Positions 8,652 to 18,334 are shown, counted from the first letter of the stretch. The stretch is 64,000 nt of DNA from Desulfobacterales bacterium (GCA_963674755.2 CAXXVS010000002.1:320001-384000); one strand, 5' to 3'. Numbers and translations: made by a program. Notes: generated by a model not told the origin, from the sequence alone.

Positions 8652-11288
8652 TTATTGCAGCAGTTTCAAGTAGCGTTGGATGGCCTCCCCATAAGGACGG
8701 GCGTCGTCGTTGTCCTCGATGCTTTCGATGTCGCGGCTGTTGAAGAAGGCCAAGGCATTCTTGAAGGTCACCCGCGAGAGCGCCTCCGGGCATTCGATCT
8801 GGCTGGCCTTCAGCATGCGAGCCCCAAGGCTGGCCGCCTTCTTGGCATGCTCCTTATAGCCGACGTCGCTGCTCTTCTGCCGTCCCAGCTGGGTCAGCAC
8901 GACGAGATAGGCCTCCAGATAGGATTTGATAAAACGGGCATACAGACGCAGTTTGCGGAGCCCCGCCGAAGTAATGTTGTAGGTGTCCGGCAGGGTCGGG
9001 TGGGGGATCAAAACGGCATCGTCGATAAAGGCCTTGATGCTTTTGCGGACGTAGAATTCGGCGGGTTGTTCGATATCGTAGGCGAATTCGTATTTGAAGA
9101 GATCCTGCAGATAGCGGTAGGTGAGGTGCAGGTCCGTGGAGATGAACTGGAAGGCATCGTATCTGAGAATGGCCAGGGCCGTAAAGGCCGCCGGGACGAA
9201 GCAGGCCACGCAGTTGTTTTTGTAATATTCAAGGCTGGGGCGCTTTTCAGCGTTGGTGCGGTAGCGCAGGGCTTCGTCATGGGAATCGTCCTTCTTGGAG
9301 GCCGGTTCGATGAACTTGCGCTGGACATAGGTCTCAAAAGCCTGCGCCAGGGCGTGATCCGGGGACATGATCAGGGTGTCGGCCAGTTTATAACCATGGA
9401 AGTGCAGGTGCTTGAGGTAGGTGTCGATCACGCCGGCCACATCGTCATAGGTGTAGGCGGTCCCCTCCTGATTCAGGATGGCCGCTGCCACCAGGGCATG
9501 GGGGGTGATGATGGTAATGCGGTTGATGGCATTGATGACCCGGTGGCCGATATTACGGCAGAAAGCGCTGGTGGCCTCCTTGTCCATTTTCTCCAGATCC
9601 AGCTGGTTGCGTGCCAGCAAGTCTTTCAGCGACATGGGATCGTGGAACTCGATATAGATCTTGCCAAAGCGCTTTTTGAGGACTTTTCTGGCGCGGATGA
9701 CCTGGGAGAGGCTCTCGGGTTCTTTCTTGCCGCCCTCCAACTCGTGCAGGTAGGCTTTTTCTTCCGGTACCTTGTCGTAACCGATAAAAATCGGGGACAG
9801 CAGGAGATCTTCACAGGCCCCGTTGCGGTAGGCATCCAGCAGGATGGACAGCAGACCGGTTTTGGGGGAAAGCAATTTGCCCGTGCGGCTGCGCCCGCCC
9901 TCGATGAAGACTTCGATGTTGAAGCCCTCCTGCAGCAGCTTGTAGACATAGGCCGCAAACACCCGCGCGTACAATGGGGCGCCCTTGAAGGTGCGGCGCA
10001 TGAAAAAGGCGCCGGCACTGCGAAAGATCGGTCCCATGGGCCAGAACGAGAGGTTCTTGCCAGCCACGATATGGGGGCAGGGCATGTTGTTGCGGTACAT
10101 GAGGTAGGACAGCATGAGGTAATCGATATGGCTCTTGTGGCAGGGCAGCAGGATGAGCGGCCCTTTTTGGGACATGGTTTTAAGACGGTCCAAACCGTTC
10201 TGGTCCACGATAAAGCCATCGAACATGGTGTTGATGATCCAGGTCAGCAGGGCTTCGTAGACCTTGATGGTCCAGGGACGGTAATGAGCGGCAATCTCTT
10301 CAAAATAGTCGTCCGCTTTTTTCAATAGCCGGGTGACCGGCTTGTCTTCGGTGGCGGCCTGCTGCTGCACAAAATCCTGAAAAGCCGCCGCCGTGAGAAC
10401 GCCTTCCTTGATTTCGAGGCGCGACTTGAGCAGCGGCCCCATAATGCTTTGACGGTGACGGTGGATCTGCAGCAGGAGGTTGCGGCGCAGGACAAGGGCC
10501 TGGTAGGCGCTGGCGCGGTCGCGCATATCCGGATGCGCCAGGAAGGTTTGCAAATTCAGCGGTTCGCTGATTTCCACGAAAATCCGCCCCGGTTTTTTGA
10601 TCAGGATCGCGATGCGCCGCCAGCCGCTCAAAGGCCGTTCCGGGCCGAACAGGAAATCCCGGAGGGAAGGGTTGGCCTTGGCGGGGTCCTTTTTATCGAT
10701 CAACAATTGCGGGATCAAATAGATCGGACGTGGTGTTTGCTTCTGGAGTTCCAACAGGTACTGGATGGGATCCTCTTTTTGTTTGACAAAACGGCGCCGG
10801 AAGCCACGGGGCTCCACCAGGGACAGCAAGCCGGCCTGCCCGCTTTGCAGCGCTTCGGCGTAATAACCGCTGGCATAGGCATTGGGGAAGGTGAAATGCC
10901 GGCAAAAATAATCCAGACGGGCCAGGAGCATCCGGAAGATGCGGGCTACCGGCTGGCACAGGAAGAGGGCATAGTCAAAGGCCAGGGTCGGCACGGGGTG
11001 GCGTGTATCGCGATAGCGGGTGTGGTAAAAAAGACGCTCGAACAGACTTTTGCGCCGCGTGACATAGACCGGGATGGCGTCGCGCGGCAGCTTTTTAAGC
11101 ACGGCCGCCTGGTTGGGGGCCAGGTTGATTCCCCGGTAAAAGAGATTGAGGAACCACGAAAGCAGATTGCCGGGATTTTCGGGCAGGTAGCAGGCATAGT
11201 AATGATAGCTGCCCTTGAGCAGGCGCAGCACCCAACGCCGTACCCTGGCCTGGATGCGTGCCCATTTTGGATTGGTCGTAATGGTCAT
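8652..11288 (-). CDS. plsB: Glycerol-3-phosphate 1-O-acyltransferase (PlsB type)
   Basis: 878 aa; PCHKSHIDY (HxxxxD), AGKNL, GAFFMRRTF, FIEGGRSRTGK, YLHELEGGKK. Confidence 0.9.
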   Translation of the reverse strand: MTITTNPKWARIQARVRRWVLRLLKGSYHYYACYLPENPGNLLSWFLNLFYRGINLAPNQAAVLKKLPRDAIPVYVTRRKSLFERLFYHTRYRDTRHPVPTLAFDYALFLCQPVARIFRMLLARLDYFCRHFTFPNAYASGYYAEALQSGQAGLLSLVEPRGFRRRFVKQKEDPIQYLLELQKQTPRPIYLIPQLLIDKKDPAKANPSLRDFLFGPERPLSGWRRIAILIKKPGRIFVEISEPLNLQTFLAHPDMRDRASAYQALVLRRNLLLQIHRHRQSIMGPLLKSRLEIKEGVLTAAAFQDFVQQQAATEDKPVTRLLKKADDYFEEIAAHYRPWTIKVYEALLTWIINTMFDGFIVDQNGLDRLKTMSQKGPLILLPCHKSHIDYLMLSYLMYRNNMPCPHIVAGKNLSFWPMGPIFRSAGAFFMRRTFKGAPLYARVFAAYVYKLLQEGFNIEVFIEGGRSRTGKLLSPKTGLLSILLDAYRNGACEDLLLSPIFIGYDKVPEEKAYLHELEGGKKEPESLSQVIRARKVLKKRFGKIYIEFHDPMSLKDLLARNQLDLEKMDKEATSAFCRNIGHRVINAINRITIITPHALVAAAILNQEGTAYTYDDVAGVIDTYLKHLHFHGYKLADTLIMSPDHALAQAFETYVQRKFIEPASKKDDSHDEALRYRTNAEKRPSLEYYKNNCVACFVPAAFTALAILRYDAFQFISTDLHLTYRYLQDLFKYEFAYDIEQPAEFYVRKSIKAFIDDAVLIPHPTLPDTYNITSAGLRKLRLYARFIKSYLEAYLVVLTQLGRQKSSDVGYKEHAKKAASLGARMLKASQIECPEALSRVTFKNALAFFNSRDIESIEDNDDARPYGEAIQRYLKLLQ

Positions 11289-11775
11289 GCCTTGTCCTGT
11301 TCCTGAAGGTCCGCTGATTACGCTGAGGGGGCGATGGGAGGTCGTTTCCTGGTTCGCTGTCGAACGGTCCGGCCAACCAAACAGCCTATCTTCAATCCTT
11401 TAAAAAACCAAAAATTAGCAGAACCTCCGGAGGGTTGCAACGATTAAGTCGCGGAAGCACCCTGGCCCATTGCCCAATGGGAACGGCAGGTCCGGCACCC
11501 GTTCGGCGGGCGCCGATTTGAGAAAATTTAAACTTGTGAAAAAAAAAAGGATGTGTTATCCGAGACCAGAATTTGAGAGCTCATCAACGGAACCATTTTC
11601 TTCTGTCATCGTATTTTGTTCGATACGAACAACCCCGTAACCGGACCATTGTCGATGCAAGACCATCGAGTTCGGCAATCCAATGCCGTTCGGCGGTATT
11701 GATCTGGAATCTAAGACGACCTATTCTAGAGCGTATACGAATCTGAAATTTTTTTTGCAAGGAGGAGAAATTCAT

Positions 11776-12054
11776 ATGAAAACGTTAGTAGGTGGGGCGG
11801 CAGCCGCTGTTCTCGGTCTTATCGGTCTCGTGGTATGGTGGGCACCCTTTTTGACGCTTCTGGCCGGCGCCATTCCGCTGGTCCTGCTTTTGGGCGGCGG
11901 TCTGGCGATTTACCTGGGATTCGATGAGCTGAAAGACAACTGGAAAAAAGATGATGCTATCGGCAGCCCGGTTGGGTCGGACGACGATGTGGAAAAGTAC
12001 AAGCAGGAAATCGACGACCTCAAGCAGGAAATCGAAAATCTGAAAAGCGCCTAA
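11776..12054 (+). CDS. Small two-TM membrane protein with C-terminal coiled coil (MamI-like N-terminus)
   Basis: GGAGG RBS; 92 aa; two Gly/Leu-rich hydrophobic segments with WW and GAIP; heptad tail KQEIDDLKQEIENLK; followed by its own terminator. Confidence 0.85.
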   Translation: MKTLVGGAAAAVLGLIGLVVWWAPFLTLLAGAIPLVLLLGGGLAIYLGFDELKDNWKKDDAIGSPVGSDDDVEKYKQEIDDLKQEIENLKSA

Positions 12055-12078
12055 GCCATCCTGATTTATCCGTCACGG

Positions 12079-12112
12079 AAGCCCTGGATCGTTAGATCCG
12101 GGGCTTTTTTTT
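12079..12112 (+). terminator. Rho-independent terminator, possibly bidirectional
   Basis: AAGCCCTGGATC-gtta-GATCCGGGGCTT followed by a T-run, between convergent genes. Confidence 0.85.
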
Positions 12113-12129
12113 GTGAATAGGCGGAGGTG

Positions 12130-13308
12130 CTATTCGGAATAGAGGAGACAGCCTTGCCGCTGGATGCGGAAGGCCTCCAGCCCCTCCTGCCAGGCATCTT
12201 CCAGGGTGTCGATGGGCACCATCGCACTGAGTCCCCGACGGACCTCCCGGCTGCCCAGAATGAGATCGATGGCCGGGCGCTCGAATTCATACTCGTAAGG
12301 CGCGCGCTTCCACTGAAAGTCGTCGCCATGCTGATGCAGGACCGCCTGGAGCAGGGCCAATGACGTCCGGTAGGGCCGGTAGCGGTCCGGCGCGGTGACG
12401 TGGATCTGAAACCCGCGGCAGGCCTGACCGGCATGCTTCCCTGAGGTGGGTTCGAACAGGCAGGGCCGCAGGACCGCCCCCGGGACCCGGGGACCGCCCA
12501 TAAAGGCCAGAATGTTTCCCGGATTGAGGAAGGGGGCCCCGCAGACCTCAAACGGCAGCGCTGTGCCGCGCCCTTCAGAGATGTTGGTCCCCTCCCAGAT
12601 CACCTGGCCGGGATAGACGGTCGCGGTCGCCTCGCTGGGCATATTGGGCGAAGGGGGCACCCAGGGCAGGCCGGTCTGATGGAACCACATGGCGCGCTGC
12701 CAGCCCTCCATGGGAACCACTTCCAGGTCCGCACCTCCGCCGAAGCCGTCGTTGAAGAGCCGGGCCAGCTCGCCGACGGTCATGGCGTGACGCATGGGGA
12801 TGGGGAAGCGGCCCACAAACGAGGCCCACTCCGCTTCGAGCACATTGCCCTCCAGATCCCGGCCGTTGATGGGATTGGGGCGGTCGAGCACCAGCACCCG
12901 TTTGCCGGCCGCGGCGGCCGCTTCCAGGCAGTAGGAAAGCGTATAAATAAAGGTATAGACGCGCGTACCCACATCCTGAAGATCCACCACCAGGACATCG
13001 ATGGGCGATAGCATGGACGCCGTGGGGATCCGGGTTTCGCCGTAGAGGCTGTAGACGGGCAGGCCGGTGGCGGCATCGGTGGTGTGATCCGACTCGACCA
13101 TGTTGTCCTGTTTTTCGGCGTGAAAACCGTGCTGAGGAGAGTACAAAGCGCGAAGCTGTCCGGGAAAGCGCTGGGTCATCCGGTCCCGGGCATGCACGTA
13201 TTCCCGGTCCACGGAGGCCGGGTTGCACAATAGTCCCAGCCGGGCGCCCGCTATCCAGGGGTGGCTGTCCCGCAGCAATATCTCCAGTCCTGTTCTGACG
13301 AATGGCAT
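12130..13308 (-). CDS. namZ: Exo-beta-N-acetylmuramidase NamZ family (DUF1343/YbbC)
   Basis: RLGLLCNPASV, YSPQHG, PVYSLYG, DLQDVGTRVYTF, VLDRPNP, HAMTVGELA, WVPPSPNMP, SEGRGT. Confidence 0.88.
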   Translation of the reverse strand: MPFVRTGLEILLRDSHPWIAGARLGLLCNPASVDREYVHARDRMTQRFPGQLRALYSPQHGFHAEKQDNMVESDHTTDAATGLPVYSLYGETRIPTASMLSPIDVLVVDLQDVGTRVYTFIYTLSYCLEAAAAAGKRVLVLDRPNPINGRDLEGNVLEAEWASFVGRFPIPMRHAMTVGELARLFNDGFGGGADLEVVPMEGWQRAMWFHQTGLPWVPPSPNMPSEATATVYPGQVIWEGTNISEGRGTALPFEVCGAPFLNPGNILAFMGGPRVPGAVLRPCLFEPTSGKHAGQACRGFQIHVTAPDRYRPYRTSLALLQAVLHQHGDDFQWKRAPYEYEFERPAIDLILGSREVRRGLSAMVPIDTLEDAWQEGLEAFRIQRQGCLLYSE

Positions 13309-13606
13309 GGGGGAATTCCTTCTTCAAAGGGTGGTGCCTGTGATTTGTGGGGCACCATAACCAAGCCCGTGTGATTTATCAATACGCGTTCCGGGCAATA
13401 GGGAAGCGGCCGGCTTTCAGGCGCAAAGGGCCGCCATCGAGGCCGGCCGGGACTTCGTGTTATATTGCGGTGCGTTCGGGATGGCGTCAAGCGGCTTGAC
13501 AATTCAACGAATAACCAATACAGAGCATTTTTGCTGAAATCGCCAGGTGAAATGCGCGGCAGGCGTGTTCTCCCTGGGGGGCAATTCGATCCGGAAGAGG
13601 ACCCTG

Positions 13607-14290
13607 TTGGACATCCGTTTGCATGGTGTTGTCGTCATCGTCGGCAACTACGGTAGCGGCAAGACCGAAGTTGCCATCAATCTGGCATTGGCTTGCCGGC
13701 AATCGGGCGAAACCGTCCGGGTGGTCGATCTGGATCTGGTCAATCCCTATTTCCGCACCCGGGAAGCCCGCGCGCTGTTGCGCGCCAACGATGTCGACAT
13801 CCTGCTGCCGCCGGCGCCCTATCTGTATGCCGACCTTCCCATCGTGATGCCGGCGGTTTCCGGCGCCATTCGGCAGCCCGGCCCCTTGACCATCCTGGAT
13901 GTGGGCGGCGACGATGCCGGCGCCACCGTGCTGGCATCGCTGGCCGACGCCTTTCGCGGGAAGGCGGTTGAGATGCTGCAGGTGATCAATCCCCATCGAC
14001 CGCTGACCGACACGGTAAAAGGCTGCCTGGCCATGCGGGCCCAAATCGAAGCGGCCTCGCACTTGACCGTGACCGGTTGGATCGGCAATGCGCACCTGAT
14101 GGAAACCACTTCCGCCGACACCATACGGGCGGGCTACCGCTTCGCCGCGGAAGTGAGCCGGGCCAGTAGCTTGCCGCTGGTCTTGGTGACGGCGCCTCAA
14201 ACGTTGATGGACGACCTGGCCCAAGATACCTTTGCCTGCCCGGTGCTGCCGATCCGTCGTCATTTGGCACTGCCCTGGCAAAGGGGGTAA
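13607..14290 (+). CDS. Uncharacterised P-loop NTPase (MinD/CbiA-like) heading the oxidoreductase operon
   Basis: GNYGSGKTEVAIN Walker A, VVDLDLVNPYFRTRE, LDVGGDDAG. TTG start at 13607 after GGAAGAGG (start uncertain). Confidence 0.8.
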   Translation: MDIRLHGVVVIVGNYGSGKTEVAINLALACRQSGETVRVVDLDLVNPYFRTREARALLRANDVDILLPPAPYLYADLPIVMPAVSGAIRQPGPLTILDVGGDDAGATVLASLADAFRGKAVEMLQVINPHRPLTDTVKGCLAMRAQIEAASHLTVTGWIGNAHLMETTSADTIRAGYRFAAEVSRASSLPLVLVTAPQTLMDDLAQDTFACPVLPIRRHLALPWQRG

Positions 14291-14355
14291 AGCCCGTACC
14301 AAACCGACATCCGGCTCTCCCTAGAGCGGCTGGTTGATTTAAAGGAGTCAATGCT

Positions 14356-14586
14356 ATGGCCTATGTGCATCAAATCGACACCGAACGTTGCAAGGGCTGC
14401 GGCCTGTGTGTCGCCGTCTGTCCGAAGAATGTGCTTGAATTGGGGAAGGAGCTCAATGCCAAAGGCTATTTCCCGGCCTATCAGGCCCGTCCCGAAGACT
14501 GTATCTATTGCGCCATCTGTTGTGTCATGTGTCCGGATGTCGCCATTTCAATTGTCGAAACAGCGGAAGAAAAGTCCGCTGGCTGA
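14356..14586 (+). CDS. 2x[4Fe-4S] ferredoxin subunit of 2-oxoacid:ferredoxin oxidoreductase
   Basis: CKGCGLCVAVCP and CIYCAICCVMCPD. Confidence 0.93.
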   Translation: MAYVHQIDTERCKGCGLCVAVCPKNVLELGKELNAKGYFPAYQARPEDCIYCAICCVMCPDVAISIVETAEEKSAG

Positions 14587-14601
14587 ACAGCAGGAGGTAG
14601 C

Positions 14602-15675
14602 ATGAGCAAGGTTCTCATGAAAGGCAACGAGGCGATCGGTGAAGCGGCTATCCGCGCCGGTTGTTTGAATTACTTCGCTTACCCGATCACCCCCCAATCC
14701 GAGGTGGCCGAATATCTTGCGCGCCGGATGCCGGAGGCGGGCGGCGTCTTTCTGCAGGGTGAGAGCGAAGTGGCGGTGGGCTATATGATATTCGGTGCTG
14801 CGGGCTGCGGGGCCCGGGTCTTTACGACCTCTTCCAGCCCGGGAATCAGCCTCATGAGCGAGGCCCTGAGTTATATTACCTGCGCCCAGTGCCCGGCCGT
14901 TTTCGTCAATATCATGCGGGGGGGGCCCGGCCTGGGCGGAATTCTGCCCTCCCAGGGCGACTATTTCCAGGCCACCAAAGGCGGCGGACACGGGGATTAT
15001 CATCTTTTGGTGATGGCGCCGGCCAGTGTCCAGGAAGCCGTCGAAATGGTCATGCAGGCCTTTCCGCTGGCCGAGAAATATCGCAATCCCGTTATGATTC
15101 TGGGGGACGGCCTCATCGGTCAGATGATGGAACCGGTGGAATTCCCCGACGATCTGGTATGCGAGCCCTCCAACAAGGATGACTGGGCCACCAACGGGAT
15201 GGATCACCGCGGCCGTGAAAAACCCAATCTCGTCAAATCCCTCTTTCTGGATCCGGTCCAGCTCAACGACCACAACCTGCTGTTGAAGGCCAAATACGAG
15301 CGCATGAAACGGGACGAGGTACGCTACGAAGCCTATAACCTCGAAGGGAATTATCGCGCCCTGATCGTCAGCTACGGCACCATGAGCCGCGTGTGCCGCA
15401 CGGCCATCGATCTCCTGAAGGAGGCCGGGCTGGAGGTCGCCATGATTCGTCCCCAAACGCTTTTCCCCTTCCCCGAAGCCGCTGTGCGCGAGGCCGCCGG
15501 CAAGGCGGGCTGCCAAGTGGCCGTCAGCATCGAAATGAGCATGGGCCAGATGGTGGAAGACGTGGAGCGCAGCGTCCGGGGGCAGTGCCCGGTGGAATGG
15601 TATGGCAAATGCGGCGGCGAGGTGCCGACGCCCGAGGAAATCATGGATGTTGTGCGTGGCATGCTGGACGCCTGA
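14602..15675 (+). CDS. vorB: 2-oxoacid:ferredoxin oxidoreductase alpha subunit (VorB-like, likely 2-oxoisovalerate type)
   Basis: LMKGNEAIGEAAI, YPITPQSE, TSSSPGISL, RGGPGLG, QGDYFQATKGGGHGD. Confidence 0.88.
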   Translation: MSKVLMKGNEAIGEAAIRAGCLNYFAYPITPQSEVAEYLARRMPEAGGVFLQGESEVAVGYMIFGAAGCGARVFTTSSSPGISLMSEALSYITCAQCPAVFVNIMRGGPGLGGILPSQGDYFQATKGGGHGDYHLLVMAPASVQEAVEMVMQAFPLAEKYRNPVMILGDGLIGQMMEPVEFPDDLVCEPSNKDDWATNGMDHRGREKPNLVKSLFLDPVQLNDHNLLLKAKYERMKRDEVRYEAYNLEGNYRALIVSYGTMSRVCRTAIDLLKEAGLEVAMIRPQTLFPFPEAAVREAAGKAGCQVAVSIEMSMGQMVEDVERSVRGQCPVEWYGKCGGEVPTPEEIMDVVRGMLDA

Positions 15676-15735
15676 AACCGGTGGCCGGATAGCATCTGTC
15701 GTACGCAAGAAATTGCTGATCGAGGAGTCTTTATC

Positions 15736-16488
15736 ATGGGAAAAACATTTACCCGCCCGGAAGCGCTGACCGAGCAACCCACCCACTACTGCCCGGGGTG
15801 CACCCACGGCGTGATCCATCGCCTGGTGGCGGAAGTGATCGACGAGTTGGGCATCCGCAAGCGCACGGTGGGCATCGCGCCGGTGGGATGTGCGGTGCTG
15901 GCCTACAATTACTTCAACCTCGACTTCCAGGAGGCGGCCCACGGGCGCGCGCCGGCCATGGCTACGGGCATCAAACGGGTGCGGCCCGATCTGGTGGTGT
16001 TCACCTATCAGGGCGATGGCGACCTGGCCAGTATCGGCATGGGGGAAATCGTCCACGCCGCCAACCGGGGGGAAAAATTTACCACGATTTTCGTGAACAA
16101 TGCGGTCTACGGCATGACCGGGGGCCAGATGGCGCCCACCACCATGCCGGACCAGCGCACCACCACATCGCCGTTCGGCCGTGACGTGCAGGCCGTGGGC
16201 ATGCCCATCAAGATGGCCGAGCTGCTGGCCGCCCTGCAAACACCGGCCTACATCACCCGGCAGTCGGTCATCAAACCCAAGTATATCAACCGGGCCAAGA
16301 AAGCGATCCACAAGGCCTTTTCCTATCAGCTGGAGGGGCGTTGCTTCAGCTTCGTGGAGTTGGTCAGTACCTGTCCCACCAACTGGGGGATGACCCCGCT
16401 GGATGCCGTCGAATGGACGGAGAAGACCCTGCTGCCCTACTACCAGCTGGGGGATTGCAAGACACCTGAAGCGCGCGAGGAGGCCTAA
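15736..16488 (+). CDS. 2-oxoacid:ferredoxin oxidoreductase beta (TPP-binding) subunit
   Basis: HYCPGCTHG, HGRAPA, YQGDGDL..G, NNAVYGMTGGQ, TCPTNW. Confidence 0.92.
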   Translation: MGKTFTRPEALTEQPTHYCPGCTHGVIHRLVAEVIDELGIRKRTVGIAPVGCAVLAYNYFNLDFQEAAHGRAPAMATGIKRVRPDLVVFTYQGDGDLASIGMGEIVHAANRGEKFTTIFVNNAVYGMTGGQMAPTTMPDQRTTTSPFGRDVQAVGMPIKMAELLAALQTPAYITRQSVIKPKYINRAKKAIHKAFSYQLEGRCFSFVELVSTCPTNWGMTPLDAVEWTEKTLLPYYQLGDCKTPEAREEA

Positions 16489-17027
16489 TGCAAAGTGAAG
16501 TGATGTTTGCCGGATTCGGCGGCCAGGGGATTCTGCTGAGCGCCAAAATTCTCGCGTACACCGCCATGCAAGCCGGCTATGAAGTGGTCTGGATCCCTTC
16601 CTACGGCCCGGAGATGCGCGGCGGTACGGCCTATTGCATGGTCATCATAAGTGACCGGCCCATCGGATCGCCGATCGTCAAAAACCCCGGGCATCTGGTG
16701 GCCATGAACCGCCCTTCGCTGGAAAAATTCGCGCCGCTGGTCAAGCCCGGCGGGGTTATCATGATCAACAGCTCCCTGATCCCGATTCGCTCGGAACGAA
16801 CGGATGTGGACGAAATCGCCATCCCGGTCAACGATATCGCCATTGAAGCCGGCAGCATCCGCTCGGCCAATATTGTGGCGCTGGCGGCGTTTGTGGCCCG
16901 CAGCGGGATCGTTTCCATGGAAGCCCTGCGGGAATCCGTCAAAAAAGAGTTTGCCCGCAAGGCGAAATTGATCCCCCTGAATATGGATGCCATGGATCGG
17001 GGCGAGCAGGCGGCCCAGGCGATCTAA
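16488..17027 (+). CDS. 2-oxoacid:ferredoxin oxidoreductase gamma subunit
   Basis: AGFGGQGI, PSYGPEMRGG; TAATG stop/start coupling with the beta subunit. Confidence 0.92.
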   Translation: MQSEVMFAGFGGQGILLSAKILAYTAMQAGYEVVWIPSYGPEMRGGTAYCMVIISDRPIGSPIVKNPGHLVAMNRPSLEKFAPLVKPGGVIMINSSLIPIRSERTDVDEIAIPVNDIAIEAGSIRSANIVALAAFVARSGIVSMEALRESVKKEFARKAKLIPLNMDAMDRGEQAAQAI

Positions 17028-17066
17028 CGTCCCGTCGAAACCTAATGATGTCGTGAACAGGAATTG

Positions 17067-17104
17067 GGCGATCGGTGACGCTGCTTGTCACCGATCGCCT
17101 TTTG
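17067..17104 (+). terminator. Rho-independent terminator of the oxidoreductase operon
   Basis: Perfect 13-bp stem GGCGATCGGTGAC / GTCACCGATCGCC followed by TTTTT. Confidence 0.88.
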
Positions 17105-17182
17105 GTTCGAAATTCCCGCCCGGACATTGCCATCTGAGGCCAGAAGGGAATCCGAACGCTGCCGAAGAGGTGAAACATTGCC

Positions 17183-18274
17183 ATGACCATACGTGTGCCG
17201 GAAAATATTCGCGCCATAAAACCCTATGTGCCGGGCAAGCCCATGGAAGAACTGGAACGGGAACTGGGGATTGCCCGGTCCATCAAACTGGCCTCCAACG
17301 AGAACCCGTTGGGACCGTCGCCCATGGCCCTGGATGCCCTAAGGGATGCCTTAAGCCAGTTGCACCGCTATCCGGACGGCTCCGGTCATACCCTGGTCCA
17401 GGCCCTGGCCCAGCATTTGGGCTGCCCGGCGGAAGCGATTGTGATCGGCAACGGATCCGACGATATCATTGCCCTGCTGGCCCATACCTTGCTGCGTCCG
17501 GGGGAGCGGGCGGTCATGCCACAGCCCTCGTTTCTGATGTATGAAATTGCGGTCCGCACGGTGGGCGCCGAGCCGGTTTTCGTTCCGCTGCAGGACCTTG
17601 CCATCGATCTGGAGGGCATGCGCCGGGTCGTGGATGCCGACACCCGGCTGGTATTCCTGTGCAATCCCAACAACCCCACCGGGACGACCATCGCCAGGTC
17701 GGATTTCGTCCGCTTCATCGAGGCGTTGCCCCCCGAGGTGGTGGTGGTGGTGGATGAAGCCTATATCGAATTCGTGCGCGACCCGGACTGTCTGCAAAGC
17801 CGCACCTATTGGGGAAGCGATCATCCGGTGGTTACGCTGCGCACCTTTTCCAAGTTATACGGGCTCGCAGGGCTGCGGGTGGGATACGGGGTCATGCCGG
17901 CGGAACTGGCGGGCTATCTGAACCGCATCCGCCAGCCCTTCAATGTCAATTCGCTGGCCCAGATCGCCGCCCGGGCGGCCTTGCGGGATCGGGATTTTGT
18001 CGAGCGAACCCTAAGCGTGGTGCATGACGGCCTGGACTTCCTATGCCAGGCCCTGACGGAAATGGGCGTGCGGTTTTTTCCCACCCAGTCGAATTTTTTC
18101 CTGATCGATGTGGAACAGGATGCGGAAGCCCTTTTTCACGCCATGCTGCGCCAGGGGGTGATCGTGCGATCCATGAAAAGCTACGGCTATTCCCGCTATA
18201 TCCGTGTCAATGTGGGCACGGCCGAAGAAAACGAACGTTTCCTCAAAGCGCTCCGGAAAGTCCTGGGCCGCTGA
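17183..18274 (+). CDS. hisC: Histidinol-phosphate aminotransferase
   Basis: PYVPGKP, KLASNENP, NPNNPTG, DEAY, RTFSKLYGLAGLRVGY. Confidence 0.96.
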   Translation: MTIRVPENIRAIKPYVPGKPMEELERELGIARSIKLASNENPLGPSPMALDALRDALSQLHRYPDGSGHTLVQALAQHLGCPAEAIVIGNGSDDIIALLAHTLLRPGERAVMPQPSFLMYEIAVRTVGAEPVFVPLQDLAIDLEGMRRVVDADTRLVFLCNPNNPTGTTIARSDFVRFIEALPPEVVVVVDEAYIEFVRDPDCLQSRTYWGSDHPVVTLRTFSKLYGLAGLRVGYGVMPAELAGYLNRIRQPFNVNSLAQIAARAALRDRDFVERTLSVVHDGLDFLCQALTEMGVRFFPTQSNFFLIDVEQDAEALFHAMLRQGVIVRSMKSYGYSRYIRVNVGTAEENERFLKALRKVLGR

Positions 18275-18334
18275 TGGCAAAGGGATTCGACCCGCGCGGA
18301 TCACAGACCGCCACCGGGCAGGGGATCAATTAGA

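Noticed and set aside
8181..10328. 715-aa plus-strand ORF, and similar long antisense ORFs (3400-4668, 14548-16311, 19785-21338, 40242-41693)
   Set aside because: They are shadows of well-supported genes on the opposite strand in GC-rich DNA and carry no recognisable motifs.
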